Shown: one piece after another, positions 20,001 to 29,277 of the stretch
Position numbering within the stretch: position 1 is the first letter of the stretch
Layout: each line of letters opens with the position of its first letter
Source: Myxococcota bacterium
GTDB taxonomy: Bacteria; Myxococcota_A; SURF-8
Length of the DNA stretch: 64,000 nt
Direction of reading: 5' to 3'
NCBI GenBank assembly: GCA_965140415.1
Contig: OZ223209.1
Coordinates: 5,760,001 to 5,824,000, forward strand
Notes under the pieces: generated by a model
Seen by the model: only the letters and a program-made list of their open reading frames with translations
Database searches by the model: none
Told to the model about the DNA's origin: nothing
Position numbers and translations under genes: made by a program

Positions 20001-20329
20001 GGAGTGTCGCCATCGGGCGTATCACCATCGGGCATATCGCCATCGGGCGTGTCGCCGTCGGGCACATCGCCATCCGGCGTGTCGCCATCGGGAGTATCAC
20101 CATCGGGAGTATCGCCATCGGGAGTATCACCATCTGGTGTATCACCATCTGGTGTGTCGCCGTCGGGCGTGTCGCCGTCGGGCGTATCGCCGTCTGTCGT
20201 GTCACCGTCGGGCGTGTCACCGTCGGTCGTATCGCCGTCAGGTAGATCGAAAATATCATCGGTGGAACAGCCTACCGTTGACAAGGCGGTAATCAACAAC
20301 AATGCAATCAGTCCTATCCACTTGTTCAT
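17093..20329 (-). CDS. Large lipoprotein: DGD-repeat linker, Cys-rich and PPC-like domains, C-terminal alpha/beta-hydrolase
   Basis: Lipobox STVGC; DGDxx repeats; YYVVVDG PPC-like motif; VSHGTGG, GHSHGG nucleophile elbow, GLLD and GHF. Start 20329 has an RBS. Confidence 0.85.
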   Translation of the reverse strand: MNKWIGLIALLLITALSTVGCSTDDIFDLPDGDTTDGDTPDGDTTDGDTPDGDTPDGDTPDGDTPDGDTPDGDTPDGDTPDGDTPDGDVPDGDTPDGDMPDGDTPDGDTPDGDMPDGDMPDGDTPDGDMPDGDMPDGDVIDGDVVDGDTVSCAGCENFPGEYCVASATGPNCNQLNIESAVIERTQGTDCDFTVTVAVSGLPPQSVQVTGCEFVDEDIMGMCGLTVNQDGSITVDCPSLCTATFTQQACYTDGDVDGDQEPICPSTNSLECTDRIGNHNLLNGRANVWESYSCDAMLNENGPEAIYEFATDEDCEATLQLTNLYNNLDLFVLSSCSTNSCLHYSANTGTTDDIITFNTLAGEPYYVVVDGVDGATGNFSLYVDCTCGVDGDFDGDLVDGDYIDGDTIDGDIVDGDVVDGDEEAAYELQPVSGMLAFFNFTDNSNIFSSPYPNDYYKDEDGYIQVNGFPTPSFQENMQANLLINRYISIMESELDGFGTNAAAYFTFPAAIDPDSLPATPSDSMQWEASVLLVNVDPLSEDYGTMVPIETHWTAAATFYEPDGNQLTVAPYDGFPLLPETTYAVIVTDGVTNATGDPLGRDLVMSWVFSGVASGDTKLDAAYAPLVDWLSDPNTSFDPDRVRVATVFTTHDPVKQTRQMRDSIRSEYPNGDLAGALVDCAYTGAHHNHICFEGHYTAHNFQSGTQPYQYFGGSFVFDDNGDPISQAVETLDFAFCIATDQSAPQDGWPIVLVSHGTGGDYNNYIGDSITGDYAISDELCSAGLATIGINQPLHGARGNGYTNDELELYSFNFGNPESARATMRQSVLDNIQLTAFIKAGKLTISESVCSSWPGSEVYNGPNEIPIDTNTILFHGHSHGGLSGAMLAGIEDDILGYVLSGSGGRISNTVMERTDPDVLQMLEDNGLVERDDMHKFHPLLLLIQTAGEVTDPINYAPYYTITPHDDRAKNVMFTSGLLDPQTPKSTTYALATAALIPQIENAAGTTPEAVGGLQLIGIDPVSRPATNTVQGPDMTMATSGLLQYPDDGHFAIFDNEDAADVYRYYLYTIAYTSVGVLGLQD
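19880..20239 (-). repeat. 15-bp coding tandem repeat, ~24 DGD(T/M/V)(P/T/x) units
   Basis: Counted from the translation; synonymous codon variation between units. Confidence 0.95.
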
Positions 20330-20531
20330 CCTGTTTCTCCCGTTTTGCGATTCTTTCCCCATAACCGGCCTTCATCATGCCTACCCTTCCTTTGGCGCAA
20401 TGACCCGGAACTCTGTTCAATTCGCCGGAAGTTTACCCTAATTCGTCCCCGGACACAAGCCGGGACGAAGCCCTGTGAGCTTTCGATGGAACAACGAATA
20501 ATTTACTAACTAAAAATGATGTCGGCAAAAC

Positions 20532-20561
20532 TTGCACCAACATTAGCCGGTCTAGTATAAT
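20532..20561 (+). promoter_or_regulatory. Sigma70-type promoter
   Basis: TTGCAC-N18-TATAAT upstream of the HD-GYP gene. Confidence 0.55.
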
Positions 20562-20687
20562 TGGCAGAGGTTCTCAGATCGTTGCCTTATCGGTGGGGCA
20601 CGAGGAGAACCGATTCCGAAGTGCCACGTTCGCAAACGGAATCAACCCAGTGAATGATCCACCTACGCCGCTGAAAACGAGAAGTAC

Positions 20688-21752
20688 ATGATCACCAGTC
20701 GGCAAATCTTCGATGCCAAGTTGTTAGTGGTTGACGACACTGCCGCCAATGTCAATTTGCTGCAAGAAATTCTTCGCTTATCCGGATATCACAATATCCG
20801 AGGACTGACAGACCCCCGTGAGGTGCTGGATCTGTACAAGTCCTGGCGGCCCGATCTGGTGCTGCTGGATCTGCGTATGCCGCACCTGGATGGCTTCCAG
20901 GTAATGGCACAGTTGCATCAGGTGGAACAGGGTTCTTACATTCCTGTGTTGGCGCTGACCGCCGAACCGGACTACGAAACCCGTGTAAAGGCGCTTGAAG
21001 CGGGAGCCAAGGATTTCCTGACCAAACCGTTTGACCGCATCGAAATTCTGAACCGGGTACGCAATCTGTTGGAGGTGCGGCTGCTGCACAACCAGGCACT
21101 CGATCAGAACGAAGTACTGGAACAGATGGTTATCGAGCGTACCAGCGAAATCCATGAAACCCGCAAGGCCATTATCCATAAATTGAGCGCGGCGGCGGAA
21201 TACAAGGACAACGAAACGGGCCAGCACATCATCCGCATGAGCAAGATCTGCCATGAGCTGGCAATAACCATCGGCATCGACGAGCGTTCCGCAGAAGTGC
21301 TGCTTAACGCCGCTCCCATGCACGATATCGGTAAAATCGGGGTGCCCGATACGATTTTAAAGAAACCGGGACCGCTGGACAGCTGGGAATGGCGTACCAT
21401 GCGTGCCCACACGACCATCGGTGCTGAAATTCTGGGAGACAATCGCTCGGAGCTATTGGTTGTCGCACAGCGCATCGCACTGCACCACCACGAAAAATGG
21501 GACGGCAGCGGTTATCCAGACGGCTTGGCAGGCACCGCGATTCCTTACGAGGCGCGCATTGCCGCAGTGGCGGATGTATTCGATGCCTTAACTTCCAAAC
21601 GTCCCTACAAAACAGCTTGGTCATTCGATGATGCAGTAACGGAAATTCAACGCGGGAGCGGAACACACTTCGATCCCGCCATCGTAGATGCATTCAGTTC
21701 CATTCTTCCCAGCATCAAGGCCATTCATCAGGCCCACGCCGATCCGGTATGA
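20688..21752 (+). CDS. Response regulator with HD-GYP cyclic dinucleotide phosphodiesterase domain (RpfG-like)
   Basis: REC (VVDD, LLDLRMP, FLTKPF) plus [32 protein letters not shown]. Confidence 0.95.
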   Translation: MITSRQIFDAKLLVVDDTAANVNLLQEILRLSGYHNIRGLTDPREVLDLYKSWRPDLVLLDLRMPHLDGFQVMAQLHQVEQGSYIPVLALTAEPDYETRVKALEAGAKDFLTKPFDRIEILNRVRNLLEVRLLHNQALDQNEVLEQMVIERTSEIHETRKAIIHKLSAAAEYKDNETGQHIIRMSKICHELAITIGIDERSAEVLLNAAPMHDIGKIGVPDTILKKPGPLDSWEWRTMRAHTTIGAEILGDNRSELLVVAQRIALHHHEKWDGSGYPDGLAGTAIPYEARIAAVADVFDALTSKRPYKTAWSFDDAVTEIQRGSGTHFDPAIVDAFSSILPSIKAIHQAHADPV

Positions 21753-21825
21753 ACGGGAAACGATCACAGCGGGGAGTGACCATGTCGGCACATCATTTTA
21801 AAATCGTCCGGTTGTAGGAGACAGC

Positions 21826-22890
21826 GTGTTTCCCGCCACATTGATTTATAACCTATTGATGTTTCTGGTGGATTTTCTGGCTCTCGGATTGGGGCAACGC
21901 TTAAGAACGCCACAGGCGGCAAGAATTCTTATTTTATCCGGTCTGCTTTTAGGGTTACTTGTCGGTTTGTTTCTCGGAGAGGACAGATTCGGCAATATGC
22001 GCTTGTTCTGCTATAACCTGTTTGTACATGTTCCCCTGTTGCTTTTGGGATTTGCTGTAATACTTTGGTCGAAGCACCGAAAAACAAGCTTGGCAGCGCT
22101 GGTCGTCACCGCTTTGCTTATTGTATTGGCTATCGACGCCTTTTTCATCGAACCGAATTGGCTACAGGTAAAACACTATAGCTTACAAAGCGATAAGATC
22201 ACGAAATCACTTCGTATTGTTGTGATTGCCGATCTACAGACGGATCATTTCGGAGAGTATGAAAAACAGGCTTTGCGCCAGGCAAAAGAGGAAAAACCGG
22301 ATATCCTGCTCTTTGTCGGCGATTACGTACAGATTTACGAACCGACACAACGGGCGGCGCTGATTGCGGAAATCAATCGATTCCTTCGTCAGGAGAACAT
22401 CCGAGGCACACAGGGGTCGTTCGCGGTATACGGCAATATCGATCTACCCGGCTGGAAAGCGATGTTCAAACGCACCGGCATCCGGCTGATGGGCGATACC
22501 CTTACAACGAGCGCAGGTGAAATCGCTATCACCGGTTTGAACATGCACGATTCCTATAAAACGGATCTGCGTTTACCGCCTCAAAATCGCTTTCATCTCG
22601 TGTTTGGCCATTATCCCAACTTTGCCGCCGGAGATCTTCGGGCGGATTTGCTGCTTGCCGGACACACGCACGGCGGACAAGTCCGCCTGCCTTTTATCGG
22701 ACCGCTGCTCAACTATTCGAAATTACCGCGTAAATGGGGAGCGGGTCGCACCGATCTGGAAGGCGGAGGAACATTGATCGTTTCTCATGGTGTTGGAATG
22801 GAACGTGGTTTTGCGCCGCGCCTGCGTTTTCTCTGCCGACCTCAACTGGTGGTCATCGATCTGATACCGAGCGAAAAGACGACTCCGTAA
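21826..22890 (+). CDS. Membrane-anchored metallophosphoesterase (YkuE-like)
   Basis: N-terminal TM helices; ADLQ, GDY, GNID, GHTHGGQ. Confidence 0.88.
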   Translation: MFPATLIYNLLMFLVDFLALGLGQRLRTPQAARILILSGLLLGLLVGLFLGEDRFGNMRLFCYNLFVHVPLLLLGFAVILWSKHRKTSLAALVVTALLIVLAIDAFFIEPNWLQVKHYSLQSDKITKSLRIVVIADLQTDHFGEYEKQALRQAKEEKPDILLFVGDYVQIYEPTQRAALIAEINRFLRQENIRGTQGSFAVYGNIDLPGWKAMFKRTGIRLMGDTLTTSAGEIAITGLNMHDSYKTDLRLPPQNRFHLVFGHYPNFAAGDLRADLLLAGHTHGGQVRLPFIGPLLNYSKLPRKWGAGRTDLEGGGTLIVSHGVGMERGFAPRLRFLCRPQLVVIDLIPSEKTTP

Positions 22891-22930
22891 ACTGCTAGAA
22901 TCATATAGAATTCTTCTTATTGCAGAGAGA

Positions 22931-24559
22931 TTACCACTCGGTAAAGAAGGATTTGGGGACGGTCATGGCCTTGTAAATCCAAAAACCAAGCGGTATCCGC
23001 AGTTCCCACACAAGTTCTTTATCGCGTGTGATCTCGAACAGGCGCCCGTTATTGGCATCGGTCACGAGGATGTGGTCGTTTTCCAGTGGAATTGCGGCAC
23101 CCTGGGCGGGGCAGTAGAAATCGGGAGTTTCCCGGTATTCCCATTCGAGTTCCATGCTCTTCGCTTCCGGATCGAAAGCCACTTCAATGACACGCGAATG
23201 AAGATGATAGGTGCCGTTGTCGAATATCACCATGCGACCGGGAGCGATGTATTCCGGGTTGTGAGCGTGATCCCACATGGCTTCTCCGAAATCGGCATCT
23301 TTACCCATCGTCCATTCCACCTCTCCCGATGGGTAGCCCACTTTGTAGATTTTATTGAGGTTTCTATAGTTGATGTACAGCGCCCCGGCTTGCTCGTCCA
23401 GCGTGATCGAGTTGGCGTGGGTCCAGTCGTACCCCAAACCGTAGAAGCTGGTCAGAATATCGATGGCGTTGTAATCGGACAGGGGCACATGGTCTTTCGA
23501 ATGCCACTCCCAATCGATTGTGCGGGTTTCCAGGTTCAAGATCTGAACGCCGTCGGTCAGTAAATAGCGATCCGGTTCCGGTTCGTAACTTTCGAAAAAG
23601 AGATGGATCAGGCGACCGTCGCTCATCTGATCGATATCGTGATGCGCCGTCACGCCTTCATTGGTGGAGTTGTACAGCACATTGTGATCCAGATCGAGTT
23701 GAATCAGGCTAAGATATTGAGCGGTGGCCAATGAGTGATCGCGTAACGGTTCCAGCTCGGTGACCGTTCCATATTGATCGCTGAAAAACTCCCACCAGAC
23801 TACCCCCTGGCGATCCACGGCGGCGATGTAACCGTATGGTGCCGTGTAATACTCCGAAGAGTTGACCGGAGCGAAAAGCACCAGGTCATCGTCGGTGCCG
23901 TCGGGAGGATGAGTCAAGGTAATGGCGGGCAGATGCGATGCCAGGGTGGTAACAACCGGAGATTCAACCATTTCGCCGCAAAGTTGGTCGTTACAGGCCG
24001 TCAGGCGATACTTGTAGGGCGATTCCGGGCTAAGCGCCAGATCCAGAAAACGGGCGTGATCGCCGGCAACGCGCCGGATTTCTTCGAACCAGCCATCTTC
24101 ACCGGCGGAGCGCATGATAATGACTTCGCTATCCGGAGCCAGCCTGGCCCAGCTGATTACGATGTTGTGCCCTGAAATGGGTCGAATCTGCAAGGAACGC
24201 AGGGCAAGATCCTGCAATGCGCTGGAAGCGTCCGAGTCGTTGCTGTCTTCCATTTCCGTATCGCCATCCACGACATCTGCATCGGGCAGCAGACCGGAAT
24301 TTTCGGACTCATTGCCAAAGCGCTTTTCCTCGTCGAAATCGCCATCGATTACCGGCAGATAAGGCTCCCGATCGGCATCCCCCAATGCAGGAATGTCCAG
24401 ATCCGGTCCATTGATTGAAGATGGAGAATTATCATCGCCGAAAGAATACAGACTGCTGCTCGTCTGCTCGCAGGCCGACAAGCCGATAAGTGCAAGAAAC
24501 GTCAACGACAGGATGCATGAAACGAACGAGGCAGGATTTTTATACGGCAAAGCACACAT
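22931..24559 (-). CDS. Lipoprotein, aryl-sulfate sulfotransferase-like, with Fn3-like domain and acidic linker
   Basis: Lipobox LSAC; HHDI, DWTHANS, H.H.P, FDNG motifs; DGD-containing linker. Confidence 0.82.
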   Translation of the reverse strand: MCALPYKNPASFVSCILSLTFLALIGLSACEQTSSSLYSFGDDNSPSSINGPDLDIPALGDADREPYLPVIDGDFDEEKRFGNESENSGLLPDADVVDGDTEMEDSNDSDASSALQDLALRSLQIRPISGHNIVISWARLAPDSEVIIMRSAGEDGWFEEIRRVAGDHARFLDLALSPESPYKYRLTACNDQLCGEMVESPVVTTLASHLPAITLTHPPDGTDDDLVLFAPVNSSEYYTAPYGYIAAVDRQGVVWWEFFSDQYGTVTELEPLRDHSLATAQYLSLIQLDLDHNVLYNSTNEGVTAHHDIDQMSDGRLIHLFFESYEPEPDRYLLTDGVQILNLETRTIDWEWHSKDHVPLSDYNAIDILTSFYGLGYDWTHANSITLDEQAGALYINYRNLNKIYKVGYPSGEVEWTMGKDADFGEAMWDHAHNPEYIAPGRMVIFDNGTYHLHSRVIEVAFDPEAKSMELEWEYRETPDFYCPAQGAAIPLENDHILVTDANNGRLFEITRDKELVWELRIPLGFWIYKAMTVPKSFFTEW

Positions 24560-24655
24560 TCCTTACTTATAACGGATTGCAGAACGCTTGGCAATCTCTG
24601 AACGTGTAGTTTTTTGTATCGGCTTCAACTTAAAAATAGCAGCCGCTTCAGGCAT

Positions 24656-24690
24656 AAAAAAAACCGGCTCTCTTTAAAGAGAGCCGATTC
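24656..24690 (-). terminator. Intrinsic terminator after tRNA pair
   Basis: CGGCTCTCTT/AAGAGAGCCG hairpin followed by a T-run on the minus strand. Confidence 0.8.
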
Positions 24691-24695
24691 ATTTT

Positions 24696-24769
24696 TGGAG
24701 GCGCCGACCAGATTCGAACTGGTGATGGAGATTTTGCAGACCTCTGCCTTACCACTTGGCCACGGCGCC
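24696..24769 (-). tRNA. tRNA-Cys(GCA)
   Basis: GGCGCCGTGGCCAAGTGGTAAGGCAGAGGTCTGCAAAATCTCC...GTTCGAATC...CCA. Confidence 0.97.
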
Positions 24770-24807
24770 GAAGAGAACGGCCAACCTGCTGGTTGGCCGC
24801 TCGTATA

Positions 24808-24882
24808 TGGAGCGGGAAACGGGATTTGAACCCGCGACTTCGACCTTGGCAAGGTCGCACTCTACCACTGAGTTATTCCCGC
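24808..24882 (-). tRNA. tRNA-Gly(GCC)
   Basis: GCGGGAATAACTCAGTGGTAGAGTGCGACCTTGCCAAGGTCG...GTTCAAATC...CCA. Confidence 0.97.
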
Positions 24883-25172
24883 AATTCAATTTTCAAATTC
24901 CAGCGTTCGCAAGGTCCGTTTTCTATAACAATCCCCGGTTGCTGTCAAGCTTTTTTTCCCATCCCGTTTTCTGGATTAGCGAATTTTCCGCCCCGGATGG
25001 CATAGCCGGATCATCTCAGCTTCACCAGCAAGAGGAGCGAAGAACGAAATTTTCAATTTCTAAAAGGAAATTTATCTCTTGTTAAAGGAATCTTATTCTT
25101 TCGACAGGCCAGAGAATGCGGGCTAGGATGCAAGGGTGTGGATTGGAGTCTTTTCGAATGAAAGGGGGTAAC

Positions 25173-25661
25173 ATGCCGGATAGTGTATATGAATTCTCGG
25201 CTACGACCATTGCCGGTAAGGACATCGACCTGAGCGACTATCGGGGCAAGGTGCTGTTGATCGTCAATACCGCCAGCAAGTGCGGGTTTACGCCTCAATA
25301 CAAAGGCTTGCAGGCTCTGTATTCGGAATACAAGGACCGGGGTCTGGAAATTCTGGGTTTTCCCTGCAACCAGTTTCAGAATCAGGAACCGGGCAGCGAA
25401 ATGCAGATTATGGAATTCTGCGAGTTGAATTACGGCGTAAGCTTTCCGATGTTCGGGAAAATCGATGTGAACGGCACCAATGCACATCCCCTGTTCCGCT
25501 ATCTGACCGGTCAGCTACCGGGATTGATGGGAAGCAAGGCCATCAAGTGGAATTTCACCAAGTTTCTCATCGACCGCGAAGGCAAACCGGTAAAGCGTTT
25601 TGGTCCGGCTACTGCACCGGAGAAAATGTCCAAGGATATCGTGGCGTTACTAAAGCAATAA
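25173..25661 (+). CDS. Glutathione peroxidase (Cys-type)
   Basis: VNTASKCGFTPQY, GFPCNQF, KWNFTKFL; start chosen by RBS. Confidence 0.96.
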   Translation: MPDSVYEFSATTIAGKDIDLSDYRGKVLLIVNTASKCGFTPQYKGLQALYSEYKDRGLEILGFPCNQFQNQEPGSEMQIMEFCELNYGVSFPMFGKIDVNGTNAHPLFRYLTGQLPGLMGSKAIKWNFTKFLIDREGKPVKRFGPATAPEKMSKDIVALLKQ

Positions 25662-25702
25662 GTCTTGTTTAAAATCAACCGCTTTCTTTACGGGACGAGA
25701 AA

Positions 25703-27082
25703 ATGGACCTGCTTTCATTCGGCATACAACCCGAGCGCGTGTGCGTACTCAATCCGCGCTTGATACGCAAGCCTCCCCAGGCTCGCTACGTGTTGTATTG
25801 GATGCAGCAGGCACAACGCATTTCAGACAACCACGCGCTTTCGTATGCGCAAATCCAGGCGAATGAGCGGCACCTGCCGCTGGTGGTCGTCTTCGCCTTG
25901 ACCGACGGCTACCCGGGCGCGACATTGCGTCACTATCGTTTCATGCTGGAAGGCTTGCAGGAACTTCGAAAAGAACTGAAACGCCGGGGGCTGCGATTTT
26001 TACTCGTGCGCGGTGAACCGGACCAGGTGGTGACCGAATTGGGCCGGGAGGCCGCCCTGGTGGTGGTGGATGGCGGCTACACACGCATTCAGCGCCAATG
26101 GCGGCAGCAGGTCGCGAAAAACCTGGAATGTCCCCTGATCGAGGTCGAGAGCGATTGCATCGTGCCACCCTCGGTTACCACTGACAAGCAGGAATTCGGC
26201 GCGTACACGATTCGCCGGAAAATCAATCGAAATGTCGGAGCTTTTCTCTCCGCAGTCAAGCTACCCAAGGCCGCGCGTTCGGCGGAACGACTGGAGCTTT
26301 CTCTGCCGGATTTCAGCGGCGATATCGATGATCTCCTGGAACAGATGAAGTTGGATCGCTCCGTCCCAGCAGTTTCACAAACGCTTGGCGGAGCGCAGCA
26401 GGCAGAACGTAAGCTATTGGAATTCCTTGAAAACAAGCTCGGTCGTTATGCGCAAGACAGCCGCGATCCGAGCATCGACGGCCTTTCGGGCTTGAGTCCC
26501 TACCTGCATTTCGGGCAGATCTCTGCCAACGCCATTGCACGCCGGGTCTTATTGGAGGGCGGAGCGGGAGCGGAAAGTTTTCTGGAACAGTTGATCGTGC
26601 GCCGGGAACTGGCCGTCAATTACGTGCTGCACAATCTGCAGTACGATCGCTACGCCGGATTGCCGGACTGGGCCAAGCAGACTTTGGGACTACACCGGAG
26701 CGACAAGCGGGAATATCTGTATTCGATTGAAGAACTCACACAGGCCCGCACACACGATCCCTACTGGAACGCGGCGCAAAAAGAATTGCTGCTACGCGGC
26801 ACGATGCATGGATACATGCGAATGTACTGGGGAAAAAAGATTCTGGAATGGAGCCGGACGCCGGAACGGGCCTTTGAAATCGCGGTTCAATTAAACGATG
26901 CCTACCAGTTGGATGGCCGCGACCCGAACGGCTATGTCGGGGTGGCCTGGTGTTTCGGTGCGCATGACCGCCCCTGGAAAGAGCGGGCGATCTTCGGCAA
27001 GATCCGCTATATGAACGACAAGGGCCTGCGGCGTAAATTCGACATCGACCGCTACGTGCAGAAAGTCGCGGAAATGGAGTGA
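25703..27082 (+). CDS. phr: Deoxyribodipyrimidine photolyase, class II
   Basis: VLYWMQ, SGLSPYLHFGQIS, THDPYWNAAQ, MHGYMRMYWGKKILEW, DGRDPNGY. Confidence 0.95.
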   Translation: MDLLSFGIQPERVCVLNPRLIRKPPQARYVLYWMQQAQRISDNHALSYAQIQANERHLPLVVVFALTDGYPGATLRHYRFMLEGLQELRKELKRRGLRFLLVRGEPDQVVTELGREAALVVVDGGYTRIQRQWRQQVAKNLECPLIEVESDCIVPPSVTTDKQEFGAYTIRRKINRNVGAFLSAVKLPKAARSAERLELSLPDFSGDIDDLLEQMKLDRSVPAVSQTLGGAQQAERKLLEFLENKLGRYAQDSRDPSIDGLSGLSPYLHFGQISANAIARRVLLEGGAGAESFLEQLIVRRELAVNYVLHNLQYDRYAGLPDWAKQTLGLHRSDKREYLYSIEELTQARTHDPYWNAAQKELLLRGTMHGYMRMYWGKKILEWSRTPERAFEIAVQLNDAYQLDGRDPNGYVGVAWCFGAHDRPWKERAIFGKIRYMNDKGLRRKFDIDRYVQKVAEME

Positions 27083-27093
27083 TTGAACAGATG

Positions 27094-27225
27094 TTACTCA
27101 TTTCTGTCCATAGAGTAATCGGGATGTGCCATGGTCTCACGGAATGGAAATTCCGGGAGGCCGTGTGTAACCACAAGAAATCACACAGCCTTCCGCGATC
27201 TTCGATCGCGTAAGACTATGGCACA
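27094..27225. repeat. ~133-bp structured REPIN-like element, copy 2
   Basis: Aligns with 8757-8889; 11 nt after the photolyase stop. Confidence 0.9.
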
Positions 27226-27317
27226 ACTTCTTGGAATCGGTGGCGAAAAAAGACTGATACCTCTAACCTAAACTTAAGGAAGTTATAGGTGATGACCCAC
27301 TCAACAGTGGCAAAGCT

Positions 27318-27854
27318 TTACTTCGGCAGGTTCTTCAATACGGAGAGTTTGTCGCGGTACAAGCGGCGGATCTCGATGAAATCGCGGTGATCCAATAAAA
27401 GTGCGCTGGAAATGCGGCGTACTTCTTCGTTTTCCTCGGGGCTGATTTCATCGTCGGCGGCGGCTACGGCGAACAGGCAGGAAACGATCTCCAGCTTTTG
27501 CGCTTTATCCGCCTGCTCGTTGATTTCACGCAGGTACAGGTGATTTTCGATGCCCGCCAGTTCCTTGGCTTTGCGTCCCACCAACTGAGCCATCCAGGCG
27601 GCTTCCTCGGCGGAAAGATTGGAAACGGTGTGCAGAATCGACTCGATGCGCCCGACTTCTTCTTCGGAAACCGTCGCGTCGGCCATAGCCACCCGGCCCA
27701 GCAATCCTCCGAAAGCGGCCAGATAATTCAGGCGTTGAGGATCTTCAATGCTCAGCCGTTCGGCCAATTCGCGCCCAAGGCTGCTCGTACCGGCTTTTGC
27801 GGCAGCGCCAGTGGCGTTCTTTTTAAACCCAAGTTTTTCCCATAGCGTCGTCAT
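27318..27854 (-). CDS. TerB family protein
   Basis: VAMADATVSEEE and VAAADDEISPEE repeated motifs; start uncertain. Confidence 0.85.
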   Translation of the reverse strand: MTTLWEKLGFKKNATGAAAKAGTSSLGRELAERLSIEDPQRLNYLAAFGGLLGRVAMADATVSEEEVGRIESILHTVSNLSAEEAAWMAQLVGRKAKELAGIENHLYLREINEQADKAQKLEIVSCLFAVAAADDEISPEENEEVRRISSALLLDHRDFIEIRRLYRDKLSVLKNLPK

Positions 27855-27967
27855 GGGGCGCATTGTAGCGATGGCCTGCCGATTGGGCAAGGATTTCCGG
27901 CATTTTTACGCTTAAACAACCATGATGAAACTTGCGTCTACCTGCCTTTTACGATACATTGCCCGCC

Positions 27968-28645
27968 ATGAAAACCGTCGACTTGTTACAACAGCATATG
28001 ACCGAGCGGCGCATTCAACGGCTGGAACGTGTGCTGCTGCGCCGCACGCGCGACATCACCATCGTGATCGACCGCTTCAATAAACCTCATAATTACATGG
28101 CGATTCTGCGCACCTGCGAAGCCTTCGGCCTGCAAGATGTCCATATCATCCTGCCCGAGTCGATGAAGCAGGACGGCATCAGCAAGAGCATCACGCAGGG
28201 TGCCGATAAATGGCTGACCCTGCATTATCACGACGACTGGACCGCCGCATTTGCGGCGTTGCGCGAGTTGGGATATCGCATCTACGCCAGTTACCTGTTG
28301 CCCGAACGCGACACCCAGGCGGAAAACGGCCTGGAAGCACTGGAACCGGATGGCAAGATCGCCTTGTTGATGGGCAATGAACTGGATGGCCTGGAACCGG
28401 AACAGGCAAAGGCGGCGGACGGCCTGTTCATGCTGCCGATGCTGGGATTTACGCAGAGCTTCAATGTCTCGGTTGCCTGTGCTTTGTCCGTACAGCGCTT
28501 GATGCTGCTGCGCGAAGCACACGGAATCACTCTTACTCCGTTATCCGAAGCGGAGCAGGACGAACTTCGGGTGCGGTGGTACAAGTTGGCGGTACCCAAC
28601 AGCGCACGCATCATAGAAGAACACAAGCGACGCGAACCGAGCTAG
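27968..28645 (+). CDS. trmH: SpoU/TrmH-family RNA methyltransferase
   Basis: PHN..AILRTCEAFG, MGNE.DG, LPM.GFTQSFNVSVA. Confidence 0.85.
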   Translation: MKTVDLLQQHMTERRIQRLERVLLRRTRDITIVIDRFNKPHNYMAILRTCEAFGLQDVHIILPESMKQDGISKSITQGADKWLTLHYHDDWTAAFAALRELGYRIYASYLLPERDTQAENGLEALEPDGKIALLMGNELDGLEPEQAKAADGLFMLPMLGFTQSFNVSVACALSVQRLMLLREAHGITLTPLSEAEQDELRVRWYKLAVPNSARIIEEHKRREPS

Positions 28646-28692
28646 CGCCCTTCCCCCTGATTCCTTGTTGTGAAATTCTCAGTTAAGTGGAA

Positions 28693-29124
28693 TTACTCCA
28701 CTTTAACGATTGTACCCTTGTAGCGCAGCGTTTCACCGGCCAGAGGATGATTGAAGTCGACCACCACTTCGTCGCCGTCGATCTCTTCGATGCGCACCAC
28801 GACCGGCTCGCCGTCTTCATCTTCAAAGAAGAAATCTTCGCCGACTTCGATATCGGCGTCTTCAAACATCTCCAGCGGAATGGTGTCGAAGGCGTCCTCA
28901 TCGTATTCGCCGTAGCCCTGTTCGGGTTCGACTTCGATGTCGAAGGTGTCGCCGGAGGCTTTTCCCATCAATCCCTCTTCCAGGCCGGGAATGATTTCGT
29001 TGTTGCCGACGGTAGCGGTTAACGCGCCGTCTTCTTTGGTGCTGGCGACGAGTTCGCCATCTTCCAGATAAAGATCCATTTCCAACGTTACGCGACTACC
29101 CGAGGTAATGGTTTTATTCGGCAT
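28693..29124 (-). CDS. slyD: FKBP-type peptidyl-prolyl isomerase (SlyD-like, no His tail)
   Basis: IIPGLEEGL, PEQGYGE, VDFNHPLAG; RBS GAGGA before ATG 29124. Confidence 0.9.
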   Translation of the reverse strand: MPNKTITSGSRVTLEMDLYLEDGELVASTKEDGALTATVGNNEIIPGLEEGLMGKASGDTFDIEVEPEQGYGEYDEDAFDTIPLEMFEDADIEVGEDFFFEDEDGEPVVVRIEEIDGDEVVVDFNHPLAGETLRYKGTIVKVE

Positions 29125-29277
29125 CTGTTTCCTCCTTTGACGCAGTGCCAGCTTATCGCGCCCATGATAACGGACACGCAATAAAAAGAAACGGTTTTTT
29201 TTAAGGTTTCTTTCAGGCCGTCATGAGGTAGAATCCTATGTTGAACAAGAGGCGTTTTTCGAATAAGGAGCGGAACC

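Noticed and set aside
19646-20441. ORFs with SPSG, HHRA or ATRP repeats, also around 29332-30231
   Set aside because: Alternative frames of the DGD coding repeats.
24614-25085. Small ORFs over the tRNA region; possible tRNA-anchored island
   Set aside because: They overlap the tRNA genes; no integrase or duplicated tRNA 3' end was seen.
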